A DNA stretch of 32,000 bases from positions 5,837-37,836 of the forward strand of contig CAZNZM010000003.1 of assembly GCA_964577555.1 (NCBI GenBank). Reading direction: 5' to 3'. Each line of letters begins with the position of its first letter. Within the stretch, counting starts at the first letter, position 1. Of the stretch, positions 31,319 to 32,000 are shown one piece after another. A model generated the notes under the pieces. The model searched no databases and was not told where the DNA came from. It saw only the letters and a program-made list of their open reading frames with translations. Source of the stretch: an uncultured archaeon (GTDB taxonomy: Archaea > Iainarchaeota > Iainarchaeia > Iainarchaeales > Iainarchaeaceae). The position numbers and the translations under genes are program-made.

Positions 31319-32000
31319 GTGGTTGGCAAGAAGATTGTTCCTGCGGTTAGGGCTTTGGGCATAAAGCATGCGACTCGTGATGTTGTTCCGATTGCGCAGG
31401 AAGTTGAAAGGTCTGGTAAAAAGGTTTTGTATTTGAATATTGGGGACCCAATGGTTTTTGATTATCGTACTCCTGAGCATTTGTGGCAGGCTATTTTTGA
31501 GAATAAGAAAAATGCTGAGGGTTATTCTGATTCTTTGGGTTATTTGGGTGCAAGAAAAGCTGTTGCTGATTATGCTAAGCGAATGGGTGTTGGTGGTGTT
31601 TCTTGGGATGATGTTATTACTTTTGTTGGTGGGAGCGAGGCCATAATTTTTTCTATGCAGGCTCTTTTTAATCGTGGCGAGAATTGTCTTGTTCCTGTGC
31701 CTGGTTATTCTATTTTTACTGGGGAACTTGCTTTTTTGGAGTGCGAAGCTAATGGTTATTATTTGGATGAGGAGAATGGTTGGCAACCTGATGTTGATAT
31801 GATTGAAAGGAATATAAATGAAAAGACCAGAGCTATTGTTGTTATTAATCCTAATAATCCTACTGGTTCTGTTTTTTCTCGCGGTACTTTGAAAAAGATT
31901 GTTGACATTGCTGGTTCTCATGATTTGGTTGTTTTTGCTGATGAAACTTATGATCAGTTGTTGTTTGATGATGAAACTTTTGTTCCAATGGCTTCGCTTT
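31319..32000 (+). CDS. Class I/II pyridoxal-phosphate aminotransferase (alanine/aspartate aminotransferase-like), 3' end beyond the window
   Basis: Hand translation from GTG 31319: VVGKKIVPAVRALGIKHATRDVVPIAQEVERSGKKVLYLNIGDP...GYSDSLGYLGARKAVA...VINPNNPTGSVF...VVFADETYDQLLFD. No stop codon before the window end, so it is absent from the ORF track. TTG 31307 is an alternative start. Confidence 0.8.
   Translation, partial: MVGKKIVPAVRALGIKHATRDVVPIAQEVERSGKKVLYLNIGDPMVFDYRTPEHLWQAIFENKKNAEGYSDSLGYLGARKAVADYAKRMGVGGVSWDDVITFVGGSEAIIFSMQALFNRGENCLVPVPGYSIFTGELAFLECEANGYYLDEENGWQPDVDMIERNINEKTRAIVVINPNNPTGSVFSRGTLKKIVDIAGSHDLVVFADETYDQLLFDDETFVPMASL

Noticed and set aside
31187-31921. 244-aa - strand ORF
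   Set aside because: Antisense to a clearly recognisable aminotransferase reading frame, extending into the T-tract spacer. Asn/Arg/Ile/Lys-rich low complexity.

Overview
Low-GC archaeal chromosome segment. The archaeal assignment rests on a group II chaperonin (thermosome), Sec61beta/SecG, deoxyhypusine synthase, tRNAs without encoded CCA, TATA-type promoters and mixed leaderless/GGAGG-led starts. The compact housekeeping set suggests a DPANN-like small-genome archaeon, but that is inference. I support about 40 protein genes, 3 tRNAs (Leu-CAG, Val-CAC, Ile-UAU) and one candidate C/D-box sRNA. Recognisable products: PPC/DUF296 protein, ITPase, an intein-containing HerA-like ATPase, a wHTH regulator, the AMMECR1/MEMO1/radical-SAM trio, SecG, DHS, IleRS, an OB-fold SSB-like protein, a UPF0200-like kinase, thermosome, MscS, a small kinase-fold protein, a histone-fold-like protein, CobA-type adenosyltransferase, an endonuclease IV-like protein, ferredoxin, Bcp peroxiredoxin, an AbiEi/AbiEii toxin-antitoxin pair, a pentameric ligand-gated ion channel (pLGIC) homolog, a SAM methyltransferase, a GT2 glycosyltransferase and a partial aminotransferase. 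Main second-look items: (1) The AbiE cassette sits between perfect 20-bp direct repeats inside the 5' end of the pLGIC-like gene, and removing it in silico restores an intact ORF with its native ATG and signal sequence. (2) A strand-polar family of T-tract repeats (RAGCC followed by T7-9) fills unusually long intergenic spacers, always T-rich on the + strand whatever the flanking gene orientation, within a window-wide T>A strand asymmetry. (3) A two-gene cassette (signal peptide + repeats + helical-domain protein, then a small lipobox protein) is present in two divergent copies. (4) An intein splits the Walker A lysine/serine of the HerA-like ATPase. (5) tRNA-Ile(UAU) lies directly upstream of ileS. 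(6) Several phased operator-like repeat sets overlap promoters. No rRNA, CRISPR array, transposase or integrase was seen.
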